A stretch of DNA of 64,000 bases from Spirochaetia bacterium (GCA_965140585.1 OZ223269.1:32001-96000), one strand, 5' to 3'; shown: positions 20,526 through 30,436, numbered from the stretch's first letter. The notes: generated by a model not told the origin, from the letters alone. A program made the numbers and translations.

Positions 20526-21034
20526 CGGGAAAACAGGAATTCCAAAGATCATTACCTCCGTTTTTTTTAAAAGAGGAATCAATTCTTGAAATACTCGAGC
20601 ACAGGCTCTTTCTTCAGACTGCAGATTATAAGCATCATGATACAATAAGCTGTCATTCACACAGTCTGAAGGTAGCGAAGATAGCTTTTGATATTACTGC
20701 AAAAATCAGTGTTGATCGGGTTTCTCTGATCAGGGGGGCTCTGCTCCATGATTTTTATCTATATGACTGGCATGAAGGATGTCCGCCCTTTCACGGGTTT
20801 CGTCACCCTGAGGTTGCACTGCGGAATGCATCAGGACATTTCAGTATTAACAGGGTCGAAAAGGATATAATTCTGCGGCATATGTTTCCGCTCACTCCTG
20901 TGCCTCCCGTTACAGCAGAAGCTGTAATCGTCTGTATTGCCGATAAGGCCGCTGCAATGAAGGAGTATAGTTCTATCTGGCAAGGTAAACTCTGGCAAAC
21001 TCTGTCGCACCTGCGGAACCGCTGCCTGCGGTAA
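20519..21034 (+). CDS. HD-domain phosphohydrolase
   Basis: HSLKVA, GALLHDFYLYDW, HGFRHP, HMFPLT, ADK. Confidence 0.85.
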   Translation: MVAGKQEFQRSLPPFFLKEESILEILEHRLFLQTADYKHHDTISCHSHSLKVAKIAFDITAKISVDRVSLIRGALLHDFYLYDWHEGCPPFHGFRHPEVALRNASGHFSINRVEKDIILRHMFPLTPVPPVTAEAVIVCIADKAAAMKEYSSIWQGKLWQTLSHLRNRCLR

Positions 21035-21722
21035 TTTTGTCAAAACCGCTGAAAACTTCTATTTTTGTAAAACCTGCTGCCTTGAGCTCCGTTTCCAGGA
21101 ACTGCCGGGTCAGCGGCAGCAGCTTTGTGCTGTCTGATTCTGTCTTATCGGTTTCCCTGTCGGTAAGGGAAATGTGAAAGTTGATATATTCATCAGAAGT
21201 AAATTCATAGCTGCGTTTAAAGATATGGCTGTCAGTCTGTATTTCATCAAATGATACATTTCTGTTTTTTAAAATCATATCAAAATTCAGAATCTGAAAT
21301 ATGAAACCTCCCTCAAGGTTAAGGTTTCTTCTTACATCAGCGAAAAAGTTTTTAACTGAATCCTCCGAATCAAGATGAGGGAGTGTGTTTCCAAGGCAGA
21401 GGATTAAATCAAAATTTCCGAATCCGGATATGTCCTCCATTCCTGCAGCATGAAAATCTATTTTTTGCCGAATCCAGTCAGCTGTATTTGCTTTTCTTTG
21501 CTGTGCAGCTTGAATCATTTCAACACTGAGGTCAATCCCTGTAACTCTATGTCCGTTTTCTGCAAGCAGAACGGCAAGTTCTCCGTCCGCGCAGCCGACA
21601 TCAAGGATTCTGCAGGTCTTCTTTACGCCTGCCAAATGTCCAGCTTCTGCAATGCAGAAAGCAGTCTTTCGATTTTCAGAAGGAAAAAGTTCTGAATAAA
21701 AGGGTGAGATCAGTTCATACAT
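20973..21722 (-). CDS. class I SAM-dependent methyltransferase
   Basis: ILDVGCADG, GIDLS, LCLGNTLPHL. Confidence 0.85.
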   Translation of the reverse strand: MYELISPFYSELFPSENRKTAFCIAEAGHLAGVKKTCRILDVGCADGELAVLLAENGHRVTGIDLSVEMIQAAQQRKANTADWIRQKIDFHAAGMEDISGFGNFDLILCLGNTLPHLDSEDSVKNFFADVRRNLNLEGGFIFQILNFDMILKNRNVSFDEIQTDSHIFKRSYEFTSDEYINFHISLTDRETDKTESDSTKLLPLTRQFLETELKAAGFTKIEVFSGFDKITAGSGSAGATEFARVYLAR

Positions 21723-21737
21723 TGATAATTCCGCCTT

Positions 21738-21968
21738 TCAGCCGTTATTTCCGATGGCATTAACCGGACACATTCCCATTGCTTCAGCGCAGGCTGCCTC
21801 TTCTGTTTCATTTTCCGGCTGACTGTATACATAGGCGTAGTCTTCACCCTCTATCATTTTAAAGCACCCAGGTGCTTCGTTGATACATAAGCCGCAGGCT
21901 ATACAGCCGGAATCAATATAATACCTTCCGGCTGTATTTTCCGCAACTTTATCATTCTTGTCTGCCAT
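21738..21968 (-). CDS. monocluster ferredoxin
   Basis: CIACGLC...CPVNAI; AGGAG SD. Confidence 0.9.
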   Translation of the reverse strand: MADKNDKVAENTAGRYYIDSGCIACGLCINEAPGCFKMIEGEDYAYVYSQPENETEEAACAEAMGMCPVNAIGNNG

Positions 21969-22026
21969 TATCTGCTCCTGATGTTTAAATTATAGGAGCT
22001 GCGGCGGCAGAAATAAAGTTTTCTGC

Positions 22027-23037
22027 TCAGATTATAAAAATATTCCCGGCTACAGACAGCCCTGCACCCGATGCTACAGTACATACTTTATCACCGGTTT
22101 TTACTGATCCCTCAGTTACGGCATAAGAAAGCGCCATTGGGATACAGCCCGAGCCGGTATACCCGTATTTATCCATTACCATCACAGCCTTCTCAATCGG
22201 CTGCTTGAGAATGGACATCACTTCCTTTATCACACTGGCATTGATCTGTGTGAATATATAGTGGTCTATTTCATTGGCGGTGTATCCTGCCTTTTCAATC
22301 ATCTCAAGAGTAAATGCAGGCCAGAGTGTGATATTACGATCCCCGGGGAGCCGCTGAAGAAGCTGAAGACCCCATTCATCGTTATCAAGCCTTTCCTTTG
22401 TGATTGGCTGTCTTGTTCCGCCGGAATATACACCGATATAGTCCCACTGAGTACCGTCGGCAAGTTTATGTCCGGTGATATATTTGTTTTCTTCTTTATC
22501 GGTACACTTTTTCAGAACAAAAGCACCTGCACCGTCGGCAAAAATAGAATACCCGAAAGCGTCACCGGGTCTGAAAAAGGCCGGCATGTTATATACGCCT
22601 GCAACAACAGCATATTTAATCTCAGGATCGCAGGCTACCATTCTGGCAGCAGCATCCAATGCAGAAGTGAAACTTGCACATGAAGAGGCTATATCAAAGG
22701 CCCCGGTGTTGTGTTGACCCTTCTGAAGTCTGCCCTGTACAAGTATCGCTGTGGCAGGCGAAATATATTCGGGGGTATCTGTTGCGACTATAATAAGATT
22801 TATATCCTCCGGACTTATTCCGGCCGCCTCAATGGCTTTTACCGAGGCCTTCTCGGCAAAATCCGCGGTGGTTTCATCCAGTCCCCTGAGATGTGCAATG
22901 TGTCTTGTTTTAATACCAATTTTATCTTCAATTTTTTGTGCATCAAACTCGACACCGGCAAGTTTCAGCACCTCCTCATTTGAGATAGGATCACCGGGGG
23001 CATACAGGCCTGTTCCGGCAATAATTACTCCATCCAT
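22027..23037 (-). CDS. KAS III (FabH-fold) family protein, non-canonical (Cys/Thr/Tyr at triad positions)
   Basis: GIKTRH, DIASSCASF, FADGAGA; TQIN replaces HQAN and GYTG replaces GNTS. Start MDGVII abuts the thiolase stop. Confidence 0.85.
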   Translation of the reverse strand: MDGVIIAGTGLYAPGDPISNEEVLKLAGVEFDAQKIEDKIGIKTRHIAHLRGLDETTADFAEKASVKAIEAAGISPEDINLIIVATDTPEYISPATAILVQGRLQKGQHNTGAFDIASSCASFTSALDAAARMVACDPEIKYAVVAGVYNMPAFFRPGDAFGYSIFADGAGAFVLKKCTDKEENKYITGHKLADGTQWDYIGVYSGGTRQPITKERLDNDEWGLQLLQRLPGDRNITLWPAFTLEMIEKAGYTANEIDHYIFTQINASVIKEVMSILKQPIEKAVMVMDKYGYTGSGCIPMALSYAVTEGSVKTGDKVCTVASGAGLSVAGNIFII

Positions 23038-23038
23038 T

Positions 23039-24295
23039 CTAACTCTCCCTTCTGAGTACTGTAACACAGTTTGTGACCGCAGATCCTCCGACATTAAGGA
23101 CTGCAGCAGTTTCAGGTGTCCCCGCAGATGGGGCAGTACCAATCGGATTGCCGCAGAGCTGTTTATAAAGTAAAGCATGCATAGATACACCTGTAGCTCC
23201 TACCGGATGACCCTTTGCCTTCAATCCGCCGGACAGGTTGACCGGACACTTGTCGTCCTTGTCAAAGCGTCCTTCCATGTACTCATAACCCGATTTGCCG
23301 TCTTCAGACAATCCCAGAGCCTCCGTACACAGCAGCTGGTTAATAGTGAAGCAGTCATGCACCTCTGCAATGTCCACATCAGAAGCAGTAATCCCTGCCT
23401 CTTCGTATGCTTGGGCTACCGCTATTTTCCCTGCCATCAGTTCGTGCATATTGGGGCGCACGCTTATCGGCAGTCTTTCGGTAACCTGTGCGATTCCTGC
23501 AACATGAACCGGTTTTGATGCTGATTTTGAGAATTCCTCATTTGTAAGAATGACTGCTGCAGCGCCGTCTGTAACCAGTGAGCAGTCATGCAGTCTAAGC
23601 GGTTCGGCAATTATCGGGTTTTTTTCATCCGGCAGATTTTTTATTGCTTCAGCAGTAAAGAGGCCGAGCTTTTCCGGCACTGCTCCTTTGCCGAAGTGGG
23701 CAAGGGGATTATCAAGAGCATTGCGGTACATTAGAGCAGATACATTCGCAAGCATATCTGTAAGTTTTTCATCGCCCAGTTTATAGTGATCGCGATAGCC
23801 CTTCGCATACTCGGCAAAGAGTCCCGGAAAGGTCATTCCGTTAGCGCCTTCTTCAGGCCAGTATGAGGAGCAGGCAAGAGTATGTGTTACTCCCTTGGTC
23901 GGCAGCAACGACATTTTTTCTGCTCCGATTACGAGGACTCTTTTATATCTGCCTGATTCTATTCCGTAGATTGCGTTATACAGAGCAAGCGAGGAGGACG
24001 CACAGGCTCCTTCTACCCTGGTGGTGGGCAGAAAGCGGAATTTGTCAGGATTAACCTCAAGGCCCAGAGGTCCGATGTGCTCCTGATTTACAAACAGACT
24101 GGGGGAACAGGCTCCAATCCATATCGCATCTATTTCGGAAGGGTCCAGCCCTGCATCTTCAATTGCTCCGTTACCAGCTTCCTTAATCAGTTCATAAAAA
24201 CTGTAATTATCTGTAATCTCTCCGGTTTCCCTGTTTTTTGTAGAGAAAGTTCCGAATTTGGTGTTATAGGCACCTGTGATCCAGGTTTTACTCAT
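23039..24295 (-). CDS. thiolase (acetyl-CoA acetyltransferase, SCP2/HDCF-type)
   Basis: VEGACASS, DCSLVTDGAAA, EVHDCF, KGHPVGATG. Confidence 0.9.
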   Translation of the reverse strand: MSKTWITGAYNTKFGTFSTKNRETGEITDNYSFYELIKEAGNGAIEDAGLDPSEIDAIWIGACSPSLFVNQEHIGPLGLEVNPDKFRFLPTTRVEGACASSSLALYNAIYGIESGRYKRVLVIGAEKMSLLPTKGVTHTLACSSYWPEEGANGMTFPGLFAEYAKGYRDHYKLGDEKLTDMLANVSALMYRNALDNPLAHFGKGAVPEKLGLFTAEAIKNLPDEKNPIIAEPLRLHDCSLVTDGAAAVILTNEEFSKSASKPVHVAGIAQVTERLPISVRPNMHELMAGKIAVAQAYEEAGITASDVDIAEVHDCFTINQLLCTEALGLSEDGKSGYEYMEGRFDKDDKCPVNLSGGLKAKGHPVGATGVSMHALLYKQLCGNPIGTAPSAGTPETAAVLNVGGSAVTNCVTVLRRES

Positions 24296-24324
24296 TTTTT
24301 AACCTCCATTTGTTAAGTTATATG

Positions 24325-24418
24325 TGAATCATCTCTCATTTATTATAGCATAAGCCCTTTATCTGTCAATTTTTTTCTTGACAGTAATAAAAACTGGACT
24401 ATAATGAGAGGTGATTCA
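24325..24418. promoter_or_regulatory. divergent consensus promoters, each with a copy of the 14-bp operator
   Basis: Minus: TTGACA(24369)-16-TATAAT(24347), motif TGAGAGATGATTCA at 24325-24338. Plus: TTGACA(24378)-16-TATAAT(24400), motif TGAGAGGTGATTCA at 24405-24418. Confidence 0.8.
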
Positions 24419-24436
24419 GTATAAACAGGAGGCTAT

Positions 24437-25234
24437 ATGGATATTAAAGGTAAAGTCCTGGTTGTTACAGGCGGCGGAAGCGGCATCGGTGAGGCAGTAG
24501 CAAAGACTATAGCAAAAGCCGGGGCAAAAGTATTTCTTGGGGATATAAACCAGGAGAGCATCGACAGAGTTGTTGCTGAAATTCAGGCTGCAGGCGGAGA
24601 GGCTGCAGGTACTACAGTAAATGTTACTGATGAGAATCAGGTTAAAGAGCTGATGAAAAAAGCAGCTGAGACTTACGGCTCTGTGAATATTGTTGTTCCC
24701 TGTGCGGGAATTATACGTGACGGACTTATGATTAATACAGATAAGGAAACCGGAAAAGTTAAACGAACCATGAGTTTTGATGATTTTCAGTCTGTAATAA
24801 ACATAAATCTTTCAGGAACCTTCCTGACGCTCAGGGAAGCTGCGGCAATTATGGTTGATAACGGATGGGAAGGAGTTCTTTTTACAATTTCTTCAGTAAA
24901 CAAGATTGGACAGGTAGGGCAGCTTAACTACTCAGCTACAAAATCAGCAGTCGGTATGTGGCCGAAGCTGCTTGCAGGCGAATTTCACATGAAGGGAATA
25001 AGCAATATCAGGGTAGTCGGTCTGGCTCCTGGATATGTTGGGACCCCGATGCTTACAAATATGAATCAGGATGCACTTAATGCAATTCTCAAGGATGTTC
25101 ATATCGGAAGACTGATAGCTCCGGAAGAAATAGCAAAACTGATGCTTCATGTTGTTGATAATGAAGCTATTGATGGAACTACCATTGAAATCACCGGAGG
25201 AGTAACATTCGGTTCACGTCAAATCGCTAAATAA
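24437..25234 (+). CDS. SDR oxidoreductase (3-oxoacyl/acetoacetyl-CoA reductase-like)
   Basis: TGGGSGIG, CAGIIRDG, GQLNYSATK. Confidence 0.88.
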   Translation: MDIKGKVLVVTGGGSGIGEAVAKTIAKAGAKVFLGDINQESIDRVVAEIQAAGGEAAGTTVNVTDENQVKELMKKAAETYGSVNIVVPCAGIIRDGLMINTDKETGKVKRTMSFDDFQSVININLSGTFLTLREAAAIMVDNGWEGVLFTISSVNKIGQVGQLNYSATKSAVGMWPKLLAGEFHMKGISNIRVVGLAPGYVGTPMLTNMNQDALNAILKDVHIGRLIAPEEIAKLMLHVVDNEAIDGTTIEITGGVTFGSRQIAK

Positions 25235-25294
25235 GAATGTCTTTGACATTCTTATTTTAGAGTTAGATTATTTCTATGATAGAAATAATCTAAC
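25229..25294. repeat. two adjacent perfect inverted repeats
   Basis: AAATAAGAATGTC-ttt-GACATTCTTATTT (25229-25257) and GTTAGATTATTTCTA-tga-TAGAAATAATCTAAC (25262-25294). Confidence 0.85.
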
Positions 25295-25326
25295 ACCGGA
25301 AATTAATAAGAATAATTGAGGCACTT

Positions 25327-26346
25327 ATGCATATGAAATTTGATAATCCCTGTGTGGGATTAAGAGGATGGGGAACGTATATTCCTGAAACTTTCTGGGA
25401 CGCGGCAAAGGTCTCTGAAGAGAGCGGGGTCCCCGAGAATATAGTTATTGAAAAACTGGGTTTTAAACGCAAGCCTATGGCTCAGGAGCATGAGACAACC
25501 GCATTTATGGCGCTGGAGGCTTCCAGAAAAGCAATAGTCATGGCGGATATCGATCCCATGGCTATTGACTGCGTTATTTACAACGGCGGTCAGCATAAGG
25601 ATTATGTCTGCTGGCTTGCCGGTCTTAATATTGCTGATAAGCTTGGTTCTAAAAACGCCTGGTCATTCGATATGGAGGCCATGTGCGGTTCAATGATCAG
25701 CGGGTTTGAAGTTGCCAGGGGACTTATAGCTTCAGGCCGCTGCAAGACAGTTCTTCTTGCCAGTGGATACCGCAACGGAGATTTTATTAATTACAAAGTC
25801 CCCGAAACTACCTTCATGTACGACCTTGGCGCCGGCGGAAGCGCGGCCATTCTTCAGGGCGGCTACGAAAAGAATATCCTTATGGGATCTTCGTTCAAGG
25901 GTGACGGAAGTTTTTCCGAACTATGTACAGTTAAGTACGGCGGAACTAAACACTGGCCGATGAAGCCGGAAGACGCAGAAAAGATGTATTTTACGATCGA
26001 GGATAATGATCTTTTCAAGGAGAAGCTCAAGGAGGTAACAGTTCCCAACTTCTATGCTGTTATCAGAGAATCTCTTGAGCAGTCAGGGCTTGATGATTCG
26101 CGACTTGATTATCTGGGTATTCTGCATTTTAACCGCAGGACGCACGAAGCATTTCTGAACGAATTTAATTTAAAACCGGAACAGAGTTTCTATCTTGAAG
26201 ACTACGGCCATATAGGCCAGAATGACCAGCTGATTTCACTTGAAGAAGGATTGAAACTGGGCAGAATTAAAGACGGAGACAATGTTGTCTTTGTAGCAGG
26301 CGGTATAGGCTTTGTCTGGGCTGCCTGTGTAATCAGGATGGGATAA
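25327..26346 (+). CDS. KAS III-like protein, non-canonical (GHxGxxD type)
   Basis: FDMEAMCGS, LGAGGSA, ILHFN, YGHIGQNDQ, AGGIGFVW. Confidence 0.85.
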   Translation: MHMKFDNPCVGLRGWGTYIPETFWDAAKVSEESGVPENIVIEKLGFKRKPMAQEHETTAFMALEASRKAIVMADIDPMAIDCVIYNGGQHKDYVCWLAGLNIADKLGSKNAWSFDMEAMCGSMISGFEVARGLIASGRCKTVLLASGYRNGDFINYKVPETTFMYDLGAGGSAAILQGGYEKNILMGSSFKGDGSFSELCTVKYGGTKHWPMKPEDAEKMYFTIEDNDLFKEKLKEVTVPNFYAVIRESLEQSGLDDSRLDYLGILHFNRRTHEAFLNEFNLKPEQSFYLEDYGHIGQNDQLISLEEGLKLGRIKDGDNVVFVAGGIGFVWAACVIRMG

Positions 26347-27154
26347 GCCTTTTCCTTTCATAGAAGCCCATGATCAGTTCGTTTAGTTCATGGGCTTTTT
26401 CAAATATAGCCACATGTCCGCAGTCCGGAATTAGAATCAGTTCACCTGAGGGAATACTATCAGCAATTATTTCTGAAAAGTACGGTGGTTTCAATATATC
26501 TTCTTTACCGCAAAGTACAAGCACAGGTGCTGTTATCCCGTGCAGCTTTGAAGTGATGTCAACAGTAAGAAAGGTACGGTATAGATCCGCCTGTCCGCTA
26601 AAGTACTCTGAGGGAAGGCTGTTCATCTGGCATCCTCTCTGCATGAGAAAATCATGGTTATTCTTAAGATAGCTGCTGCTGTAAAGCCATGGAAGCATGA
26701 TGTTGTAGAATGCTTCGCCATTGCCCAGCTCTGCAGCCGTCAGCCAGGAGCCCACAGCCGCCTCAAGCAGCGGACTTAATTCGCTCACAGAATCGATTAT
26801 CACACCGGAAGAGCACATCTGCGGATATTTAACGGCAAAATACATGAATACTTCGCCTCCGTAGCTTGTTCCAATGAAGGATGCGCGGGAAATCCCGAGG
26901 TGATTCATCAAGCCTCTTAGATCCTCAACATGTTCATCGAATTTAGGTGTCTGTTCAGGTTTTCCTGATTTTAACTGGGCTCGAAAGTCATGCAGAATAA
27001 TCCGGAACCCCGCTTTTTCAAAGACAGGAAGCATCAGGTCCCAGCTTCCGGTTGATGCCATAACGCCGTTGAGAAAGAAAAGAGCCGTATCCGAACCCGG
27101 GTCACCCTTTTCCTCGTAATAGATATTTATTCCGTTTATCATTACTTCAGACAT
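26333..27154 (-). CDS. alpha/beta hydrolase
   Basis: Nucleophile elbow GTSYGG, GKED, GHV; AGGAGG SD before MSEVMING. Confidence 0.85.
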   Translation of the reverse strand: MSEVMINGINIYYEEKGDPGSDTALFFLNGVMASTGSWDLMLPVFEKAGFRIILHDFRAQLKSGKPEQTPKFDEHVEDLRGLMNHLGISRASFIGTSYGGEVFMYFAVKYPQMCSSGVIIDSVSELSPLLEAAVGSWLTAAELGNGEAFYNIMLPWLYSSSYLKNNHDFLMQRGCQMNSLPSEYFSGQADLYRTFLTVDITSKLHGITAPVLVLCGKEDILKPPYFSEIIADSIPSGELILIPDCGHVAIFEKAHELNELIMGFYERKRLIPS

Positions 27155-27172
27155 GAAATTCCTCCTAAAAAC

Positions 27173-27272
27173 TGAATCACCTCTCAAAAATATTAACATC
27201 AGGGCAGATTTGGTGCAAGTTTTTTCTTGACAACGGTAAATAGTCATTCAATAATAAATGAGAGAAGATTCA
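27173..27272. promoter_or_regulatory. second divergent promoter region with two operator copies
   Basis: TGAATCACCTCTCA at 27173-27186 (reverse copy). TTGACA(27227)-17-AATAAT(27250), then TGAGAGAAGATTCA at 27259-27272. Confidence 0.75.
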
Positions 27273-27296
27273 GTTATCATTTTTTTGGAGGTAGAT

Positions 27297-28520
27297 ATGA
27301 CAATGCGAAAGCTAATGCTTCTTGCCGTTCTTCTGCTCAGTACTGCGGTACTGTTTGCCGGAGGACAACAGGAAGGTGGAAAAGATCCGATTAAGCTTGG
27401 TGGTGTATGGCCGCTGGCTGATATTTCAGGGGATCAGGGAAGCAAGGCTGCTCAGCTCGCAGTTGATGAGATCAATGCAAAGGGTGGAGTTCTTGGTCGA
27501 CCACTGGAATTAATTGTAATCGACAGTGAGTTCAAGCCTGAGAAAGGTGCTGCTGCGATAGAGAGACTTGCAACAGTAGAAAATGTTGATGCCTTTATCG
27601 GCGGTATGGCAAGCAGTGTTCATCTTGGACAGATTCCTACACTGAAAAAGTATAAGAAACTTACTGTATGGACAGGTGCTGCTTCAAGTGCTGCAGAAAA
27701 AGCTATGGGTCCGGATGCCGACTGGTACTTCCATCTTCATCCATGGGATTACAACCAGGGTGCAAGCTATGTTGTTGGCTGGGATGCTATTGCTGAAAAA
27801 TATCCGCAGATTAAAATTGACAGGTGGTTCCTAGCTTACGAAGAAGGTCCTTTTGGGAAATCATCATTTGATGCAACAAAGATCCTTTTTGCTGATCTTG
27901 ATATCGATGGAGAATCCTTTCAGTCTGCGGCTGCAGGCGGCGGAGACTACAGTGCTGTTATAGAACATGCAAAGGCATACAAGCCTGATGTATTCATCTG
28001 GGCAGGTTATGATGCTGATGCTCTTCCGCTTCTGGAACAGTCAAAGGCTATGGATTTTAATCCTCCTCTGTACGTTGGAGCTCCTCCAGGATGGCCTGCA
28101 GACTTCGGTGACTCACCTCTGGCCGAAAACGTAACTCTTTACGGAATGTGGGTTCCTTCAATAGACAAGGTAAGTGATGTAAGTAAGAACTTTACAGCAG
28201 GATACAAGGCTAAATACGGCAATGTACCGGCTACATACTTTGCACCGCTTTCATATTCTGCTGTTTATATTGTTGCTGAGGCTATGGAAAAAGCCGGAAC
28301 TCTTGAAACAGAGGCTCTTGTAGCAGCAGCAAAACAGACCAGTTATGAATCCCCGCTTGGAGAAACCATCACTTTCAGCCCGTCAAATGTAATTCAGAAC
28401 CAGGGAATCAGAAACCAGAAGATTCTGCAGTGGCAGAATGGTGTTCAGGAAGTTATCTGGCCGTTCGAATACGCAACAGCCGCACCTGTTTACCCGTTTA
28501 CACCCTGGGGCAAAAGATAA
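27297..28520 (+). CDS. LIV-type (HAAT) ABC transporter substrate-binding protein
   Basis: GGAGG SD, signal peptide, LAVDEIN.KGGVLGRPLELIV.D. Confidence 0.9.
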   Translation: MTMRKLMLLAVLLLSTAVLFAGGQQEGGKDPIKLGGVWPLADISGDQGSKAAQLAVDEINAKGGVLGRPLELIVIDSEFKPEKGAAAIERLATVENVDAFIGGMASSVHLGQIPTLKKYKKLTVWTGAASSAAEKAMGPDADWYFHLHPWDYNQGASYVVGWDAIAEKYPQIKIDRWFLAYEEGPFGKSSFDATKILFADLDIDGESFQSAAAGGGDYSAVIEHAKAYKPDVFIWAGYDADALPLLEQSKAMDFNPPLYVGAPPGWPADFGDSPLAENVTLYGMWVPSIDKVSDVSKNFTAGYKAKYGNVPATYFAPLSYSAVYIVAEAMEKAGTLETEALVAAAKQTSYESPLGETITFSPSNVIQNQGIRNQKILQWQNGVQEVIWPFEYATAAPVYPFTPWGKR

Positions 28521-28533
28521 TATCTTTAAAAGA

Positions 28534-28559
28534 AGGGAAACCTCTCAAGAGGTTTCCCT
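28534..28559 (+). terminator. hairpin after SBP gene (partial terminator or mRNA-stabilising stem)
   Basis: AGGGAAACCTCT-ca-AGAGGTTTCCCT, no U-tract. Confidence 0.6.
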
Positions 28560-28586
28560 CTCTCACTCATCCACAGGAGAATTTAT

Positions 28587-29513
28587 ATGTCGAATAGAAA
28601 GCTAAAGGTAATAGTACCGGTAGCGCTATCCATCATTATTGTAGTGATTCTGCTTATATGGAAACCGACTGTTCTGATATTCGGTGTCCAGAGAGCCGGA
28701 CTGTACGCGGCTATTGCTCTTCCGATGGCTCTTGTCCTTGGAATAGTTCACATCGTCAACCTTGCCCACGGCGAGCTGATGATTCTTGCAGCATACATGA
28801 CTTATAACATAAGCAGGATGACTGGTATTGATCCTCTTATTGCAATGTTTCTTACAGCAGCCGTAATGTTCGTAATCGGGGCAATCCTTTATCAGATTAC
28901 TATTAAAAGAGCAATAAGCGCACCCGAGCTTAATCAGCTGATACTTACATTCGGTATTGCAATGGTCATCAGTCAGGGGATCAACCTTTTTGCAACATCA
29001 CAGCCGAGAAAACTCTCACTCGATTATGTAACGGCTTCTGCCAAAATTGGGGAATTGAGTTTCGGCACCTATGATTTTATATTTGTTGCGGTGGCTGTCG
29101 TCATGCTTGTCGGCCTTCTGTTGTTTCTGAAGAAGACCAGGATTGGTCAGGCTGCACTGGCTGTCGGCCAGAACCCCAGAGGCGCCGCAATAGTCGGAAT
29201 TAATGTACATTTAACCTACATGCTGATTTTTTCAATTTCAACAGCACTTCTTGGAATAATGGGAGCATTCTTTCTCACAAAGATGTCCATATTCCCGACA
29301 GCCGGAGGCCCTTTCACCATGAAATCTTTCTGTCTGGTTGCAATGGCGGGAATCGGAAATCTTCCTGCAGTGCTTCTGGGAAGTATCGGCCTTGGTGTAG
29401 CTGAAAGTTTCATCTCATCATTCAGAGGCCTCAGCGGCTGGTCAAATATAATATTCTTTGTTCTAATTATCGTTGTAATTCTAAGCCGTTCATTAAAGGG
29501 GAGGAAACTGTGA
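28587..29513 (+). CDS. LIV-type ABC permease (LivH-like)
   Basis: IVNLAHGEL, KTRIGQA, GIN; multi-TM. Confidence 0.9.
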   Translation: MSNRKLKVIVPVALSIIIVVILLIWKPTVLIFGVQRAGLYAAIALPMALVLGIVHIVNLAHGELMILAAYMTYNISRMTGIDPLIAMFLTAAVMFVIGAILYQITIKRAISAPELNQLILTFGIAMVISQGINLFATSQPRKLSLDYVTASAKIGELSFGTYDFIFVAVAVVMLVGLLLFLKKTRIGQAALAVGQNPRGAAIVGINVHLTYMLIFSISTALLGIMGAFFLTKMSIFPTAGGPFTMKSFCLVAMAGIGNLPAVLLGSIGLGVAESFISSFRGLSGWSNIIFFVLIIVVILSRSLKGRKL

Positions 29514-30436
29514 AAAACCTGAAAATGATAATTCCTGCTGCTTTGGTAGCGGTGTTTGCAATACTGTTTCCGCTTTTTTCAGGTCCCTATCCTCAGTCAA
29601 TAGCCCGGACAGTAATGACTTATATGGCGCTGGCTGTAAGCTGGGACATGCTGATTCGTTCCGGACAGCTGTCATTCGGTATTGCCGGATTTTTCGGAAT
29701 CGGCAGTTACTTTTCAGCATTGCTCTGTTTGAAGCTTGGAATACCGGCGTTACCTTCAATCATGATCGGCGGTGTTCTTGTCGGTCTTGTGGCTTTTGGT
29801 ATGGGATTCATAGTGTTGAGGCTTAGGGGGATGTATTTTGCAATTACAACCCTTGCCGCTGCCGAAATATTTAAAATAATCATCAGGAACTGGAATGATG
29901 TAACCGGCGGACCTGAAGGTCTTGTTTTAAAAGATGTAATCTTCGGCGGTAATTCTTACGGAATGTACTTTCTTACACTTGCCCTTGCTATAGGAGCAAT
30001 TGCTGCATCTATGTATTTTGAGCGGTCAAAGTTTCATCTGGCCCTGACTTCAATCCGTAATAATGAAATTGTAGCAAGAACCAGTGGAATAAACATCTTC
30101 ATGTATCTTGTAGTTGTCTTTGGAATTACTTCCGGTATACAGGGTCTTGCAGGCGGTGTTTATGCCCAGATGTACGGCTTTGTAACCCCTGACAGCAGTT
30201 TCAGTTCAGACTATACACTCCTGCCTCTGGCCATGTCGCTGCTGGGCGGAATGTACGGAACCTGGGGCCCGGTAGTCGGCGCTCTTCTGCTTGGCATAGT
30301 GTCGGAGTATTTGAAACTCTACATTCCATACGGTCATTTAATTGTTTATGGACTTATTATCGTGTTTGTTATTTTGGTTATGCCTGCCGGAATTACCGGT
30401 CTGATTAAATCAAGATTTTCAAGGGAGGCAAAATAA
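29510..30436 (+). CDS. LIV-type ABC permease (LivM-like)
   Basis: GQLSFG, RLRGMYFAITTL, TGGPEG, LGG.GT.WGPVVGA. Confidence 0.9.
   Translation: MKNLKMIIPAALVAVFAILFPLFSGPYPQSIARTVMTYMALAVSWDMLIRSGQLSFGIAGFFGIGSYFSALLCLKLGIPALPSIMIGGVLVGLVAFGMGFIVLRLRGMYFAITTLAAAEIFKIIIRNWNDVTGGPEGLVLKDVIFGGNSYGMYFLTLALAIGAIAASMYFERSKFHLALTSIRNNEIVARTSGINIFMYLVVVFGITSGIQGLAGGVYAQMYGFVTPDSSFSSDYTLLPLAMSLLGGMYGTWGPVVGALLLGIVSEYLKLYIPYGHLIVYGLIIVFVILVMPAGITGLIKSRFSREAK

Noticed and set aside
22027-26346. Calling the KAS III and SDR genes fabH and fabG
   Set aside because: Triad residues are altered and no ACP, fabD or plsX is nearby.
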